From Dokdonella sp. (GTDB taxonomy: Bacteria; Pseudomonadota; Gammaproteobacteria; Xanthomonadales; Rhodanobacteraceae), in NCBI RefSeq assembly GCF_035703485.1, contig NZ_DASSYD010000207.1:8126-72125 (forward strand): a stretch of DNA of 64,000 nt, given 5' to 3'. The translations under genes and the position numbers were made by a program. Shown in pieces: positions 1 through 8,772 of this stretch. How positions within the stretch are numbered: the stretch's first letter is position 1; each line of letters opens with the position of its first letter. The notes beneath the pieces were generated by a model that worked only from the letters and a program-made list of their open reading frames with translations, was not told the origin of the DNA and did no database searches.

Positions 1-951
1 CGCAAGCTGCAGCAAAATGCGCATTTCTTCGCGCAGCGAAATCGGCGATACGACCTCGGCATCCGGGCCATACTTGAGCACATCCATCAGCAGTTCGCGG
101 GAATTGCTGTAGGGCACCTTGAGTTCATAACGACCATCGGACAGCCAGTGGCCTTCCTGCTGCGAATGCCAATGTTCATCGGCGACCCAGCGCGAGGCGT
201 GCTCGGAAAAACGGATTACCGCGGTGGCCTTCGGCGCACCGGAAAAAATGCCGTAGCTTGATGCAAGATGCGCATCGAGCTCGGCCAAATCGCTGTCCAG
301 CGCTTCCTGATCGCCGACCTTGACGCTGCGCATGCGATCGAGAGCAAAACTGCGCAGCGCTTCGCGACCATGATCCCAGGCATCGAGATACCAGTTGTCC
401 CGATAGTGAGCGAGGCGTTGCGGCGAGACATCGCGCGTGGTCGGTGCGTTGGTCGTGCGTGCACGGTATTCAAAGGTCAGGCGCTTGCGGCTGAGCAAGG
501 CACTCGAGACGGTACGGAACACTGCCTGATCGAGCTTGCGCGCACCACTGGCGATGACACGAATGCGTTCCACCGGCAACGTGCGCCCGCTGGCATGGTC
601 GGAAAGCAGGGTTTCGATGCGCTCGCGGAACGGTGCCAGTGCACCGGCGAGTACGCCGGGCTCGGATCGATCGAGCAGTTCGTTGAGAGCAAGCAAGGCT
701 GACAGCTCTTCGCTCGACAGCCACAAGCCCGGCAGCTCGAAGCGATCACCCTCTTCCCTGGCATAGTGAATCGTGCCGTTGTCGGAGTCACTCTCGATTG
801 GTGCGCCAAGCGCATCGCGCAGGAAGGCGATATCGCGATACATCGTCGCCCGGGAACACTGCAGCTCATCCTGCACACGCTTGAGCGAGACCGGAAAGCG
901 CGCGGCCTTGAGCATGCGATGAAGGAGCAAGGTGCGTTCGTAGCGATCCAT
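1..951 (-). CDS. WYL-domain transcriptional regulator (N-terminal HTH + WYL domain); C-terminal end lies outside the window
   Basis: My own minus-strand translation from the ATG at 951 gives MDRYERTLLLHRMLKAARFPVSLKRVQDELQCSRATMYRDIAFLRDALG (YafY/DeoR-type HTH), then ...SPQRLAHYRDNWYLDAWDHGREALRSFALDRM (WYL signature). The frame stays open to base 1 (317 codons). It is absent from the ORF track because it has no in-window stop. Confidence 0.75.
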   Translation of the reverse strand, partial: MDRYERTLLLHRMLKAARFPVSLKRVQDELQCSRATMYRDIAFLRDALGAPIESDSDNGTIHYAREEGDRFELPGLWLSSEELSALLALNELLDRSEPGVLAGALAPFRERIETLLSDHASGRTLPVERIRVIASGARKLDQAVFRTVSSALLSRKRLTFEYRARTTNAPTTRDVSPQRLAHYRDNWYLDAWDHGREALRSFALDRMRSVKVGDQEALDSDLAELDAHLASSYGIFSGAPKATAVIRFSEHASRWVADEHWHSQQEGHWLSDGRYELKVPYSNSRELLMDVLKYGPDAEVVSPISLREEMRILLQLA

Positions 952-1011
952 GAGCGCGAAATACCCAGTTTCCAGACGGATACCGAGTTTGGCACAAGGG
1001 GTTGATGAATC

Positions 1012-1089
1012 GGGAGTGGGGAGTGGGGAGTGGGGAGTGGGGAGTGGGGAGTGGGGAGCGGGGAGCGGGGAGCGGGGAGCGGGGAGCGG
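1012..1089 (+). repeat. Tandem heptanucleotide array: 6 x GGGAGTG then 5 x GGGAGCG (G4-N3 periodicity)
   Basis: Read directly from the sequence. It lies in the divergent intergenic region between the WYL regulator (start 951) and the molybdoenzyme gene (start 1317). Confidence 0.95.
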
Positions 1090-1316
1090 ATATGATGCGC
1101 GCCTTCACACGAGTCGTTCCAGCCGGGCATGGTGGCTCAACCGCCAACGCGACCTGAGCCATCGATCAATGTTCAGCTCGCGAACGCAGGAATGCATGGA
1201 TTCCCGTTAAAACAAGGGCTTGCAGCACCCTGCATTCGGCGATTCGTGGGCCTGCTCCCCTTCGCCCGGAATTTACCATTACCATCAGCGGTTCCTGACC
1301 AGGCAACGCATGGATC

Positions 1317-4136
1317 ATGCCCCACGCATCACTTGCCCTGAATACGCCGACCGCAGACGAGGTCAAGACCACCACGTGCTACATGTGCGCGTGTCGCTGC
1401 GGCATCCGCGTCCATCTGAAGGATGGCCGCGTGCGCTACATCGACGGCAACCCGAAGCACCCGGTCAATCGCGGGGTGATCTGCGCCAAGGGTTCGTCCG
1501 GAATCAAACAACATTATTCGCCAGCGCGCTTGTCGAAGCCGCTGTTGCGAGTCGGCGAACGCGGTGCTGGCGCGTTCCGCGAGATTGAATGGGATGAAGC
1601 GCTGGAGCTGGCGGCCAAATGGCTGGGTGATATCCGTCAACGCAATCCCGATGAACTCGCTTTTTTCACCGGGCGCGATCAATCCCAGGCGCTGACCGGC
1701 TGGTGGGCGCAGCAATTCGGCACGATCAATTACGCGGCCCACGGAGGCTTCTGCTCGGTCAACATGGCCGCCGCCGGCATGTACACGTTCGGCGGCAGCT
1801 TCTGGGAGTTCGGCGAACCGGACTGGGATTTGACCAAGTACCTGATGCTCTGGGGCGTCGCCGAGGATCACGATTCCAACCCGATCAAGCTCGGCCTCGG
1901 CAAACTGAAGGCGAACGGGGCCAAGATCGTCGCGATCAATCCGGTGCGTACCGGCTATGGCGCAATTGCCGATGAATGGGTGCCGATCAATCCGGGCACC
2001 GATGGTTTGCTCGCTGGCGCGTTTATCCACGAACTGCTGCGCAACGACCGCATCGATCTCGAGTATCTGGTGCGCTATACGAATGCTCATCACCTGGTCA
2101 TTCGCGATCCGGGTGCGGCCGATGACGGCTTGATCGCACGCGATGGCGACGGGCAGGCGCTGTGTGCGGCGCGCCGCGATGACGGCGAGGGGAACGCAAT
2201 CGTTCGCGCCAACGGCGTGGATGTTTCGCCACTGGTAGTTGGTGAATATCAACTGCCTGATGGACGCAAGGCGATTCCTTCGTTCCAGTTGATCGCCGAG
2301 CGCTTTCTTGCGGACGACTATTCGCCTGATGCGGTAAGCGAGCGTTGTGGCGTCGACGTCGAGACCATTCGTCGACTCGCCCGTGAACTCGCCGAGACAG
2401 CATTCGATCAGGCGATTACGCTCGATCAGCCGTGGACCGACAGCCACGGACGCGAACACGCAACCATGGTCGGCCGCCCGGTTTCGATGCATGCCATGCG
2501 TGGCATCTCGGCACATTCAAACGGCTTCCATACCTGCCGCACCTTGCACGTTTTGCAGATGTTGCTCGGCGCAATCGATACACCGGGAAGCTTCCGCTAC
2601 CAGCCACCGTATCCAAAACCGGCGCCGCCACCGAATCGCCCGGGCAAATCGCGCAAGGCCGACGGCACGCTCGACGGCGGCCCGCTCGGCTATGTGCAGT
2701 CGCCGGATGATTTGCTGGTCGATGCCGATGGCCAGCCACGGCGCCTCGACAAGGCCTATTCGTGGCAGCACCCGCTGGCCGCGCACGGCATCATGCAATC
2801 GGTGATCCGCAATGCCTGGGCCGGCGATTCGGGTCATATCGACACCTTGTTCATGTTCATGGCCAACATGGGCTGGAACTCGTCGATGAATACCAGCGAG
2901 ACGCGGCGCATGCTGCGTGATCGCGATGAGGCAACCGGCGAATACCGGATCCCGCACATCATCTATTCGGACGCCTATTTGTCCGAAACCGTCGCCTTCG
3001 CCGATCTTGTTTTGCCTGATACGACATATCTGGAACGCCACGACTGCATCAGCATGCTCGACCGGCCAATCTCGGATGCTGATTGCGCTGCCGATGCGAT
3101 CCGCCAGCCGGTGGTCGAACCTGATCGCGATGTGCGGCCGTTCCAGGATGTATTGATCGATCTCGGCACGCGGATCGGATTGCCCGGCTTGCTTAACGAG
3201 GATGGCAGCGGCAAATATCCCGGCGGATTCGCCCAATACATGGTCGAACACGAGCGCGCGCCCGGGGTCGGCATGCTCGCCGGCTGGCGTGGCGCCGATG
3301 GCTCAAAATCTGGCTTCGGCGAGCCGAATCCGGATCAGATCAAACGCTATATCGAGCACGGCTGCGTCTGGGAAGCCAAAATTCCCGATGCCGGGCGTTA
3401 TTACAAGATGGCCAATCGCGATTATCTGTCGTGGGCCAAATCGCTGGGTTTCGTCGGCTCGACTGATGCCATCGTCATGCAGCTCTATTGCGAAACCCTG
3501 CAACGGTTTCGTCTGGCCGCGCAGGGTCATGGCGCGCAACAGCCGCCCGAGAGCGAGCGTCAACGTGTCGAGCGCTATTTCGATCCGATTCCATTCTGGT
3601 ACGAAAGAGTCGAGCAACCGTCCGCCAGCGGCAATGAGCTGACCAGCGACTACCCTCTTTCCGCAATCACTCAGCGGCCGATGTTCATGTATCACAGCTG
3701 GGGTTCGCAAAATACCTGGCTGCGCCAGATCACTGCGCGCAACTACCTGTATCTGAATCCGCAGACGGCTGAAGCCAACGGCGTCGGCGATGGTGACTGG
3801 ATCTGGCTGGCATCGCCGCTCGGCCGCATCCGCGTGCAGGCAAGATTTCATTCTGCGACCGCGCCCGGAACATTGTGGACATGGAACGCAATCGGCAAGC
3901 GCAAAGGCGCCTGGAGACTTGATGCCGATGCGCCGGAATATCGCGATGCCTTTCTGCTCAATCACCTGATCAATGAGCTGCTGCCTTCGGATCGAAAGTC
4001 ACCGGGCTACGCAAATGCCGATCCGGTCACCGGCCAGGCCGCCTGGTTTGATCTGCGCGTGCGCATCGAGCGTGATCCGTCGCCGCTGGAAGATGGTCAT
4101 CGCATCGAGATGAACGACAAGAGGGCGGTCGAGTGA
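1317..4136 (+). CDS. Molybdopterin (bis-MGD) oxidoreductase catalytic subunit with no Tat signal, so predicted cytoplasmic; SoeA-like by operon architecture
   Basis: 939-aa ORF. The N-terminal 4Fe-4S motif is CYMCACRCG...VICAKG, followed by typical Mo-oxidoreductase blocks (GRDQS, INPVRT, TDG). No twin-arginine leader is present in MPHASLALNTPTADEVKTTT. Confidence 0.85.
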   Translation: MPHASLALNTPTADEVKTTTCYMCACRCGIRVHLKDGRVRYIDGNPKHPVNRGVICAKGSSGIKQHYSPARLSKPLLRVGERGAGAFREIEWDEALELAAKWLGDIRQRNPDELAFFTGRDQSQALTGWWAQQFGTINYAAHGGFCSVNMAAAGMYTFGGSFWEFGEPDWDLTKYLMLWGVAEDHDSNPIKLGLGKLKANGAKIVAINPVRTGYGAIADEWVPINPGTDGLLAGAFIHELLRNDRIDLEYLVRYTNAHHLVIRDPGAADDGLIARDGDGQALCAARRDDGEGNAIVRANGVDVSPLVVGEYQLPDGRKAIPSFQLIAERFLADDYSPDAVSERCGVDVETIRRLARELAETAFDQAITLDQPWTDSHGREHATMVGRPVSMHAMRGISAHSNGFHTCRTLHVLQMLLGAIDTPGSFRYQPPYPKPAPPPNRPGKSRKADGTLDGGPLGYVQSPDDLLVDADGQPRRLDKAYSWQHPLAAHGIMQSVIRNAWAGDSGHIDTLFMFMANMGWNSSMNTSETRRMLRDRDEATGEYRIPHIIYSDAYLSETVAFADLVLPDTTYLERHDCISMLDRPISDADCAADAIRQPVVEPDRDVRPFQDVLIDLGTRIGLPGLLNEDGSGKYPGGFAQYMVEHERAPGVGMLAGWRGADGSKSGFGEPNPDQIKRYIEHGCVWEAKIPDAGRYYKMANRDYLSWAKSLGFVGSTDAIVMQLYCETLQRFRLAAQGHGAQQPPESERQRVERYFDPIPFWYERVEQPSASGNELTSDYPLSAITQRPMFMYHSWGSQNTWLRQITARNYLYLNPQTAEANGVGDGDWIWLASPLGRIRVQARFHSATAPGTLWTWNAIGKRKGAWRLDADAPEYRDAFLLNHLINELLPSDRKSPGYANADPVTGQAAWFDLRVRIERDPSPLEDGHRIEMNDKRAVE

Positions 4137-5899
4137 CCTTGTCGCAATGGATGACCCTGGTGATCGTGATTGGCGCGGTCGCCTTGTTTGCCAGTGAAAA
4201 AGTTCGCATCGATCTGGTTGCCCTGATCGTTCTGGTGTTGCTGGTGATCCTGCAACTGGTCTCGCCGGTCGAGGCGCTCGCCGGATTCAGCAACGAGGCA
4301 ACGATCACGGTCGCGGCGATGTTTGCCCTGAGTCTCGGCATCGAGCGTTCGGGCGCGCTGGAACCGCTGGGCCGCCTGCTCTCGCGAATCCGCAAGCCGT
4401 GGCTGCTGACTCTCGCCTTGATGCTGGCGATTGCGCCGATGGGTGCTTTCGTCAAGAACATCGCGCTGGTGGCGACGTTTCTGCCGCTGGCGCTGCGCGT
4501 TTGCGCAAACACCGGCACCTCGCCCGCACGCGTATTGCTGCCAATGGCCTATGCCGCACAAATGGGTGGCGTCTGCACCCTGATCGGCACCTCGTCGAAC
4601 CTGCTCGCCGACAGCCTCGCCCAGCAACACGGCATCGCCGGTTTCGGCGTATTCGAGTTCACTCGCCTGGGCGCGCTGCTGGCCGTGGTCGGCATCACTT
4701 ACCTGATGCTGGTCGGGCGCTGGTTGCTACCCAAGGAAATTTCCCCGGTGGCCGCCGCCGAGACCGATATCGGCAAGTACGTTACCGAACTCAAGATCAC
4801 GACGGATTCGCCCCTGGTCGGGCAGACCATCGCCGACGCCAAACTGGGTGACAAGTACAGCATCTACCCGCTCGAACTGCTGCGCGGCGATCGCCATCTG
4901 TGGTCACCGCGCTCGCAGGTACTGGAAGTCGACGATGTGTTGTTGGTGCGCGGTGACTGGGACAAGATCGAGGACTTCCGCAAGCGCGCCGAACTCGAAA
5001 TCGATCCGGAGAACCGCTTCGGGACCGACAAGAGCAGCGCGCGCATCCTCGTCGAGGTCATGGTCAAGCCGGCAACAGCCATCGAAGGCAGCTCATTGGG
5101 TGAGCTCGATTTCAATCACAACCACGATGCCATCGCGCTCGCCATCCACCAGCGCGGGCGCATCCTGCGTGACAAGCTCAAGGATGTGCGCCTGACCGCC
5201 GGTGACGTACTCCTGCTGCTGGTCAACGAAGCGGGCGCTACTGCCTTGCGCAGCGAGGAACAGTTTGTCGTTCTGAGTGAGCGTGAAGATACCCGGCGCA
5301 CACCGAAACGGGCGATCGCCGCGGTGCTCATCATGATTGCCGTCGTCGTGGTCTCCGGCCTGCACTGGTTGCCGATCCCGGTGGCGGCGATTGCCGGTGC
5401 CGTAGCCATGGCCGCCGCAGGTTGCTATGGACGCAAGGATCTCTACGAAGGTATCGACTGGAAGATCATTGTCCTGCTGGCAGCGATCCTTCCGCTCGGC
5501 ACGGCCATCGAAAACAGCGGCTTGTCGCAAACGCTCGTCGAATCGAGCATGGGTCTGGTCGGCGAACACGGTCCACTGGCGGCCCTGCTCATGGTTTATC
5601 TGCTGACTGCCCTGCTCACGGAGCTGATGGGACACAACCCGTCCGTCGTGCTGATGGTGGGTATCGCGGTCACGGTGGCGCATTCGGTGGGCGCCGATCC
5701 GCGCCCGTTTGTGGTCGCTGTGGCATTTGCAGCGGCGACCTCGTTTGCGACGCCGGTTGGCTATCCGACCAACACCATGGTTTATTACGCGGGCGGTTAC
5801 CGTTTCGTGGATTTCATGAAAGTCGGCATCCCGCTGATTGCAATCTTCTGCGCCATCTCGATGTATCTGATTCCCCTGTTCTGGCCCTTGCAACCATGA
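4133..5899 (+). CDS. SLC13/DASS-family anion permease with two central TrkA-C (RCK_C) domains
   Basis: 588-aa polytopic ORF. The hydrophobic N- and C-terminal halves flank a soluble segment (LKITTDSPLVGQTIADAKL... and ...VMVKPATAIEGSSLGELDF) typical of TrkA-C inserts. GTG start overlaps the upstream stop, and its stop overlaps the next ATG (ATGA). Confidence 0.85.
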   Translation: MTLSQWMTLVIVIGAVALFASEKVRIDLVALIVLVLLVILQLVSPVEALAGFSNEATITVAAMFALSLGIERSGALEPLGRLLSRIRKPWLLTLALMLAIAPMGAFVKNIALVATFLPLALRVCANTGTSPARVLLPMAYAAQMGGVCTLIGTSSNLLADSLAQQHGIAGFGVFEFTRLGALLAVVGITYLMLVGRWLLPKEISPVAAAETDIGKYVTELKITTDSPLVGQTIADAKLGDKYSIYPLELLRGDRHLWSPRSQVLEVDDVLLVRGDWDKIEDFRKRAELEIDPENRFGTDKSSARILVEVMVKPATAIEGSSLGELDFNHNHDAIALAIHQRGRILRDKLKDVRLTAGDVLLLLVNEAGATALRSEEQFVVLSEREDTRRTPKRAIAAVLIMIAVVVVSGLHWLPIPVAAIAGAVAMAAAGCYGRKDLYEGIDWKIIVLLAAILPLGTAIENSGLSQTLVESSMGLVGEHGPLAALLMVYLLTALLTELMGHNPSVVLMVGIAVTVAHSVGADPRPFVVAVAFAAATSFATPVGYPTNTMVYYAGGYRFVDFMKVGIPLIAIFCAISMYLIPLFWPLQP

Positions 5900-6708
5900 C
5901 CAGCCTGCCCCCACCCACCGCGCGCAAGCTCGGTCTCGTCATTGACCTCGACACCTGCGTCGGCTGTCACGCCTGCGCGGTGGCCTGCAAGGAATGGAAC
6001 GACGGCGGATCGTTCGGACCATTGCCGGATGCCGATCCCTATGGCGCCGAGCCGAATGGGGTCTGGTTCAATCGGGTGCATTCTTATGAAGCGGGAGTGG
6101 GGAGTGGGGAGTGGGGAGTGGAAAAGGCAAATGCTTCCTGCTCTCCTACTCCCCTCTCCCCACTCCCTACTCCCGCTTCTGCTCAATCAATCCACTTCCC
6201 GCGTTCGTGCCTGCATTGCGAGACGCCGGCTTGCGTGACGGTGTGTCCGACCGGGGCGAGTTACAAGCGCGCCGAGGATGGCATCGTGCTGGTTGATGAG
6301 GACAAGTGCATCGGCTGCCAGTTGTGCGCCTGGGCCTGCCCTTACGGCGCGCGCGAGTTCAGCGCGAAACGTGGCGTCATGCAGAAGTGCACGTTGTGTG
6401 TCGATCGTATCTACAACGAAACGCTGGATGAGGCGGATCGGCAACCGGCCTGCGTGATGGCCTGCCCGACCCGGGCCCGACATTTTGGCGATCTCGGCGA
6501 TGCCGAGTCCGATGTTTCGAAGCTTGTCGCCGAACGCGGCGGCTACGCGCTGATGCCGGAATTTGGCTACAAGCCGGTCAATCGCTACTTGCCACCACGT
6601 CCGCGCAAGGACGCATCGGCGGCAAAAAAGGCCGCCATCGCCGAACCAATCGACACCACGCAAATGTCCCCGCTGCTGCGCTGGGTCGATCGCGTGCTGT
6701 CGCGCTGA
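5896..6708 (+). CDS. 4Fe-4S dicluster electron-transfer subunit (DmsB/PsrB/SoeB-like) carrying an in-frame repeat-encoded insert
   Basis: Start chosen at MTSLPPPTARKLGLVIDLDTCVGCHACAVACKEWN. Further Cys groups follow: CLHCETPACVTVCP, CIGCQLCAWACP, CTLCVDR...CVMACP. The upstream 158 codons of the track ORF overlap the transporter and are not counted. Confidence 0.85.
   Translation: MTSLPPPTARKLGLVIDLDTCVGCHACAVACKEWNDGGSFGPLPDADPYGAEPNGVWFNRVHSYEAGVGSGEWGVEKANASCSPTPLSPLPTPASAQSIHFPRSCLHCETPACVTVCPTGASYKRAEDGIVLVDEDKCIGCQLCAWACPYGAREFSAKRGVMQKCTLCVDRIYNETLDEADRQPACVMACPTRARHFGDLGDAESDVSKLVAERGGYALMPEFGYKPVNRYLPPRPRKDASAAKKAAIAEPIDTTQMSPLLRWVDRVLSR
6091..6176 (+). repeat. Heptamer-hairpin element inside the Fe-S subunit CDS (G-rich arm, 17-nt loop, degenerate C-rich arm)
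   Basis: Sequence is gcgggagtggggagtggggagtggggagtgg-aaaaggcaaatgcttcc-tgctctcctactcccctctccccactccctactcccgc. It translates in-frame as GVGSGEWGVEKANASCSPTPLSPLPTPAS. Confidence 0.85.
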
Positions 6709-6720
6709 GCAGGACTGACG

Positions 6721-7791
6721 ATGCGCCCTTCTTTCTCGATCATTTTTTTCACCGTCCTGTCGGGAGCTGGCTACGGGCTGTGGATGCTGGTCGGCCTCAC
6801 GTTCGCCTTGCAATGGCCGAATTGCGTGCCCGATGGCAATCTGTCGGGCGTCGATCGCGAAACCGTTCTTTGCATCGTCCCGGATGCGATCACTTATGCG
6901 TTCGGCGCGGGCTGGCTGCTGGTTGTCTCGGGTCTGGTTGCCTCCGTTGGACACCTGGGCAAACCGCTGCGTGCCTGGCGCGCATTTTCCCAGTGGCGAA
7001 GCTCCTGGCTGTCGCGTGAGGGCATTTCCGCTCTGCTCACCTTCCTTCCTGCCGTTGCCATGGTGCTCTACGCAATGCTGGTTTCCTTGCAGCTGAGCCA
7101 GGTTGATGTCGGCGATTCGTTCACTCCGTGGATTGACCGCAGAGTCATTCGTTTGCTCGGCGCGGTACTCGCTTTCGGCTCGCTGGCAACGGTCTATTGC
7201 ACCGCTAACATCTACGCATCCCTGAAGCCGATTTCCGGCTGGAACAACCGTTTCGTCATGCCGATTTATCTTGTCCTGGCGATTCACGGTGGATTGCTTC
7301 TGCTGTGGCTGCTGAATACCTTGCCATCTGCATGGGTGACGATGGGAGAGCCTCTTGAGGCCCGCTGGAACCTCGTGATCGGCTTGGGTGTCCTGCTTTT
7401 TTCCGTGCTGGGCGCTGCGCTCAAGTTGATTTACTGGAAGCAGATCGATCGCAAGCAAACGACGACGACAGCCGACGCCATCGGTCTCGCTTCACTCGAC
7501 AACGTGCGCTCATTCGAGCAGCCGCATACGGAAGAGAACTATCTGACCCACGAAATGGGCTTCCGCATTGCGCGCAAGCATTCGCGGAAGTTGCGCATGA
7601 TCTGCCTGAGTGCGGGTTTCGCCGTTCCAGCGATTCTGGCAACCCTGAGCCTGGTGATACCGGGCCTGGGCGTGGCTGCTGCGTGGGTTTCCGTGTTCAG
7701 CGGCATGCTCGGCATTTTCATCGAGCGCTGGTTGTTCTTCGCCGAAGCCAAACATGCGGTGATGCTCTATTACGGCGCACGCGATGCATGA
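6721..7791 (+). CDS. DmsC/NrfD-like integral membrane anchor subunit (SoeC-like position)
   Basis: 356-aa ORF with about 8-9 hydrophobic spans. The N-terminus MRPSFSIIFFTVLSGAGYGLWMLVGL resembles the DMSO-reductase anchor family. It lies directly after the Fe-S subunit. Confidence 0.7.
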   Translation: MRPSFSIIFFTVLSGAGYGLWMLVGLTFALQWPNCVPDGNLSGVDRETVLCIVPDAITYAFGAGWLLVVSGLVASVGHLGKPLRAWRAFSQWRSSWLSREGISALLTFLPAVAMVLYAMLVSLQLSQVDVGDSFTPWIDRRVIRLLGAVLAFGSLATVYCTANIYASLKPISGWNNRFVMPIYLVLAIHGGLLLLWLLNTLPSAWVTMGEPLEARWNLVIGLGVLLFSVLGAALKLIYWKQIDRKQTTTTADAIGLASLDNVRSFEQPHTEENYLTHEMGFRIARKHSRKLRMICLSAGFAVPAILATLSLVIPGLGVAAAWVSVFSGMLGIFIERWLFFAEAKHAVMLYYGARDA

Positions 7792-7934
7792 TCTGACGAG
7801 GTAAAGATCTGTTTCGAAGCGCTGGCCGTTCACTTCGCATTCAATTCCGCTCGATAGCATCGCACCGCTTGCGCGTCCGTGCTCTTCCGGGCCGTGCATC
7901 CGTTTTCATCCGCTCCCCAAAAAAGGTAACTCCA

Positions 7935-8702
7935 ATGAAAAACGCTCTCCTGGCGGGCGCTGTCCTGCTTGCTGTTCCGATGCTTGCATGCGCCCAGACC
8001 GACGACAACGAATGGTCAGGCAGCGGCGAAGCCGGTTTTGCGCTGACCAGCGGCAACACCAAATCGCAGAACCTGAATGCCAAATTCGCGCTGAAGAAGG
8101 AAGATGTGCAATGGAAGCACAAGTTTTTTCTCAATGCGCTGCGCAGCAAGGGTGAGTCGAACGGCGAGTACGACCTCACCGCCAATCGCTATGACATCGG
8201 AGCATCATCGGGCTACAAATTTGATGAGCGCAGCTATCTGGTCGGCGCAGCTCGTTATGAAAACGATGACTTCTCGACCTACAAGTATCAGTGGATTGTC
8301 TCGCTTGGCTACGGCTATACCTTCATCAAGAATGCGCAAACCGAGTTTTCGGCCGAAGTCGGCCCCGGCTACCGCCGCCAGGACAAGCGTGGTTACTCGG
8401 TGACCAGTGGCGAACCGCCGGTGACGACGTTCATCGACCCGGATGTCGAGGGCAGCGTCGTCGGTCGTGGTCTGATCAGCTTCAAGCACAAGTTCAACGA
8501 TTCGACCTCGTTCGAAAACACCACCCTGATTGAAGCCGGTTCCGACAATACATTTGTGCAAAATGATGCCGGCCTTGCGGTCAGCATGAGCGAAAAACTC
8601 GCACTCAAACTCGGCTACCAGGTTCGCAACAACTCCAAGGTCAATCCCGGCACGAAAAAGACGGATCAACTGCTGACGACCAATCTTGTTTTCAAGTTCT
8701 GA
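7935..8702 (+). CDS. DUF481/YdiY-family outer-membrane beta-barrel protein
   Basis: Signal peptide MKNALLAGAVLLAVPMLACAQT, then WSGSGEAGFALTSGNTKSQNLNAKF, alternating beta-strand pattern and a C-terminal ...LLTTNLVFKF. Confidence 0.7.
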   Translation: MKNALLAGAVLLAVPMLACAQTDDNEWSGSGEAGFALTSGNTKSQNLNAKFALKKEDVQWKHKFFLNALRSKGESNGEYDLTANRYDIGASSGYKFDERSYLVGAARYENDDFSTYKYQWIVSLGYGYTFIKNAQTEFSAEVGPGYRRQDKRGYSVTSGEPPVTTFIDPDVEGSVVGRGLISFKHKFNDSTSFENTTLIEAGSDNTFVQNDAGLAVSMSEKLALKLGYQVRNNSKVNPGTKKTDQLLTTNLVFKF

Positions 8703-8772
8703 ACTTGATTGAAGCGATTGCGGAGAACAGGGGGCGAGTCCAGCAGGGCTTGCCCCTTGTCCGATGGAGGAT

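Noticed and set aside
477-1130. 217-aa minus-strand ORF (and neighbours 866-1162, 950-1210) with SPLPTPHSPLPTPH or GVGSGEWGVGSGEW repeats
   Set aside because: The repetitive peptide is just the heptamer DNA array read in frame. The rest overlaps, out of frame, the well-supported WYL regulator gene. The same artefact peptides recur wherever the heptamer occurs (25.3 kb, 26.2 kb).
1329-2516. Long antisense or overlapping ORFs throughout (e.g. 1329-2516, 6187-7458, 18485-19621, 21575-22909, 23503-24516, 26534-27658, 39701-40405)
   Set aside because: They lie opposite strongly recognisable genes, have Arg/Ala/Gly-rich low-information translations typical of stop-poor frames in high-GC DNA, and match no family motif I can recognise.
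5422-5895. 158-codon N-terminal extension of the Fe-S subunit ORF
   Set aside because: It overlaps the 3' end of the SLC13 permease in another frame and translates to Arg/Gly-rich junk. The conserved ferredoxin N-terminus starts at the ATG at 5896, which forms an ATGA overlap with the permease stop.
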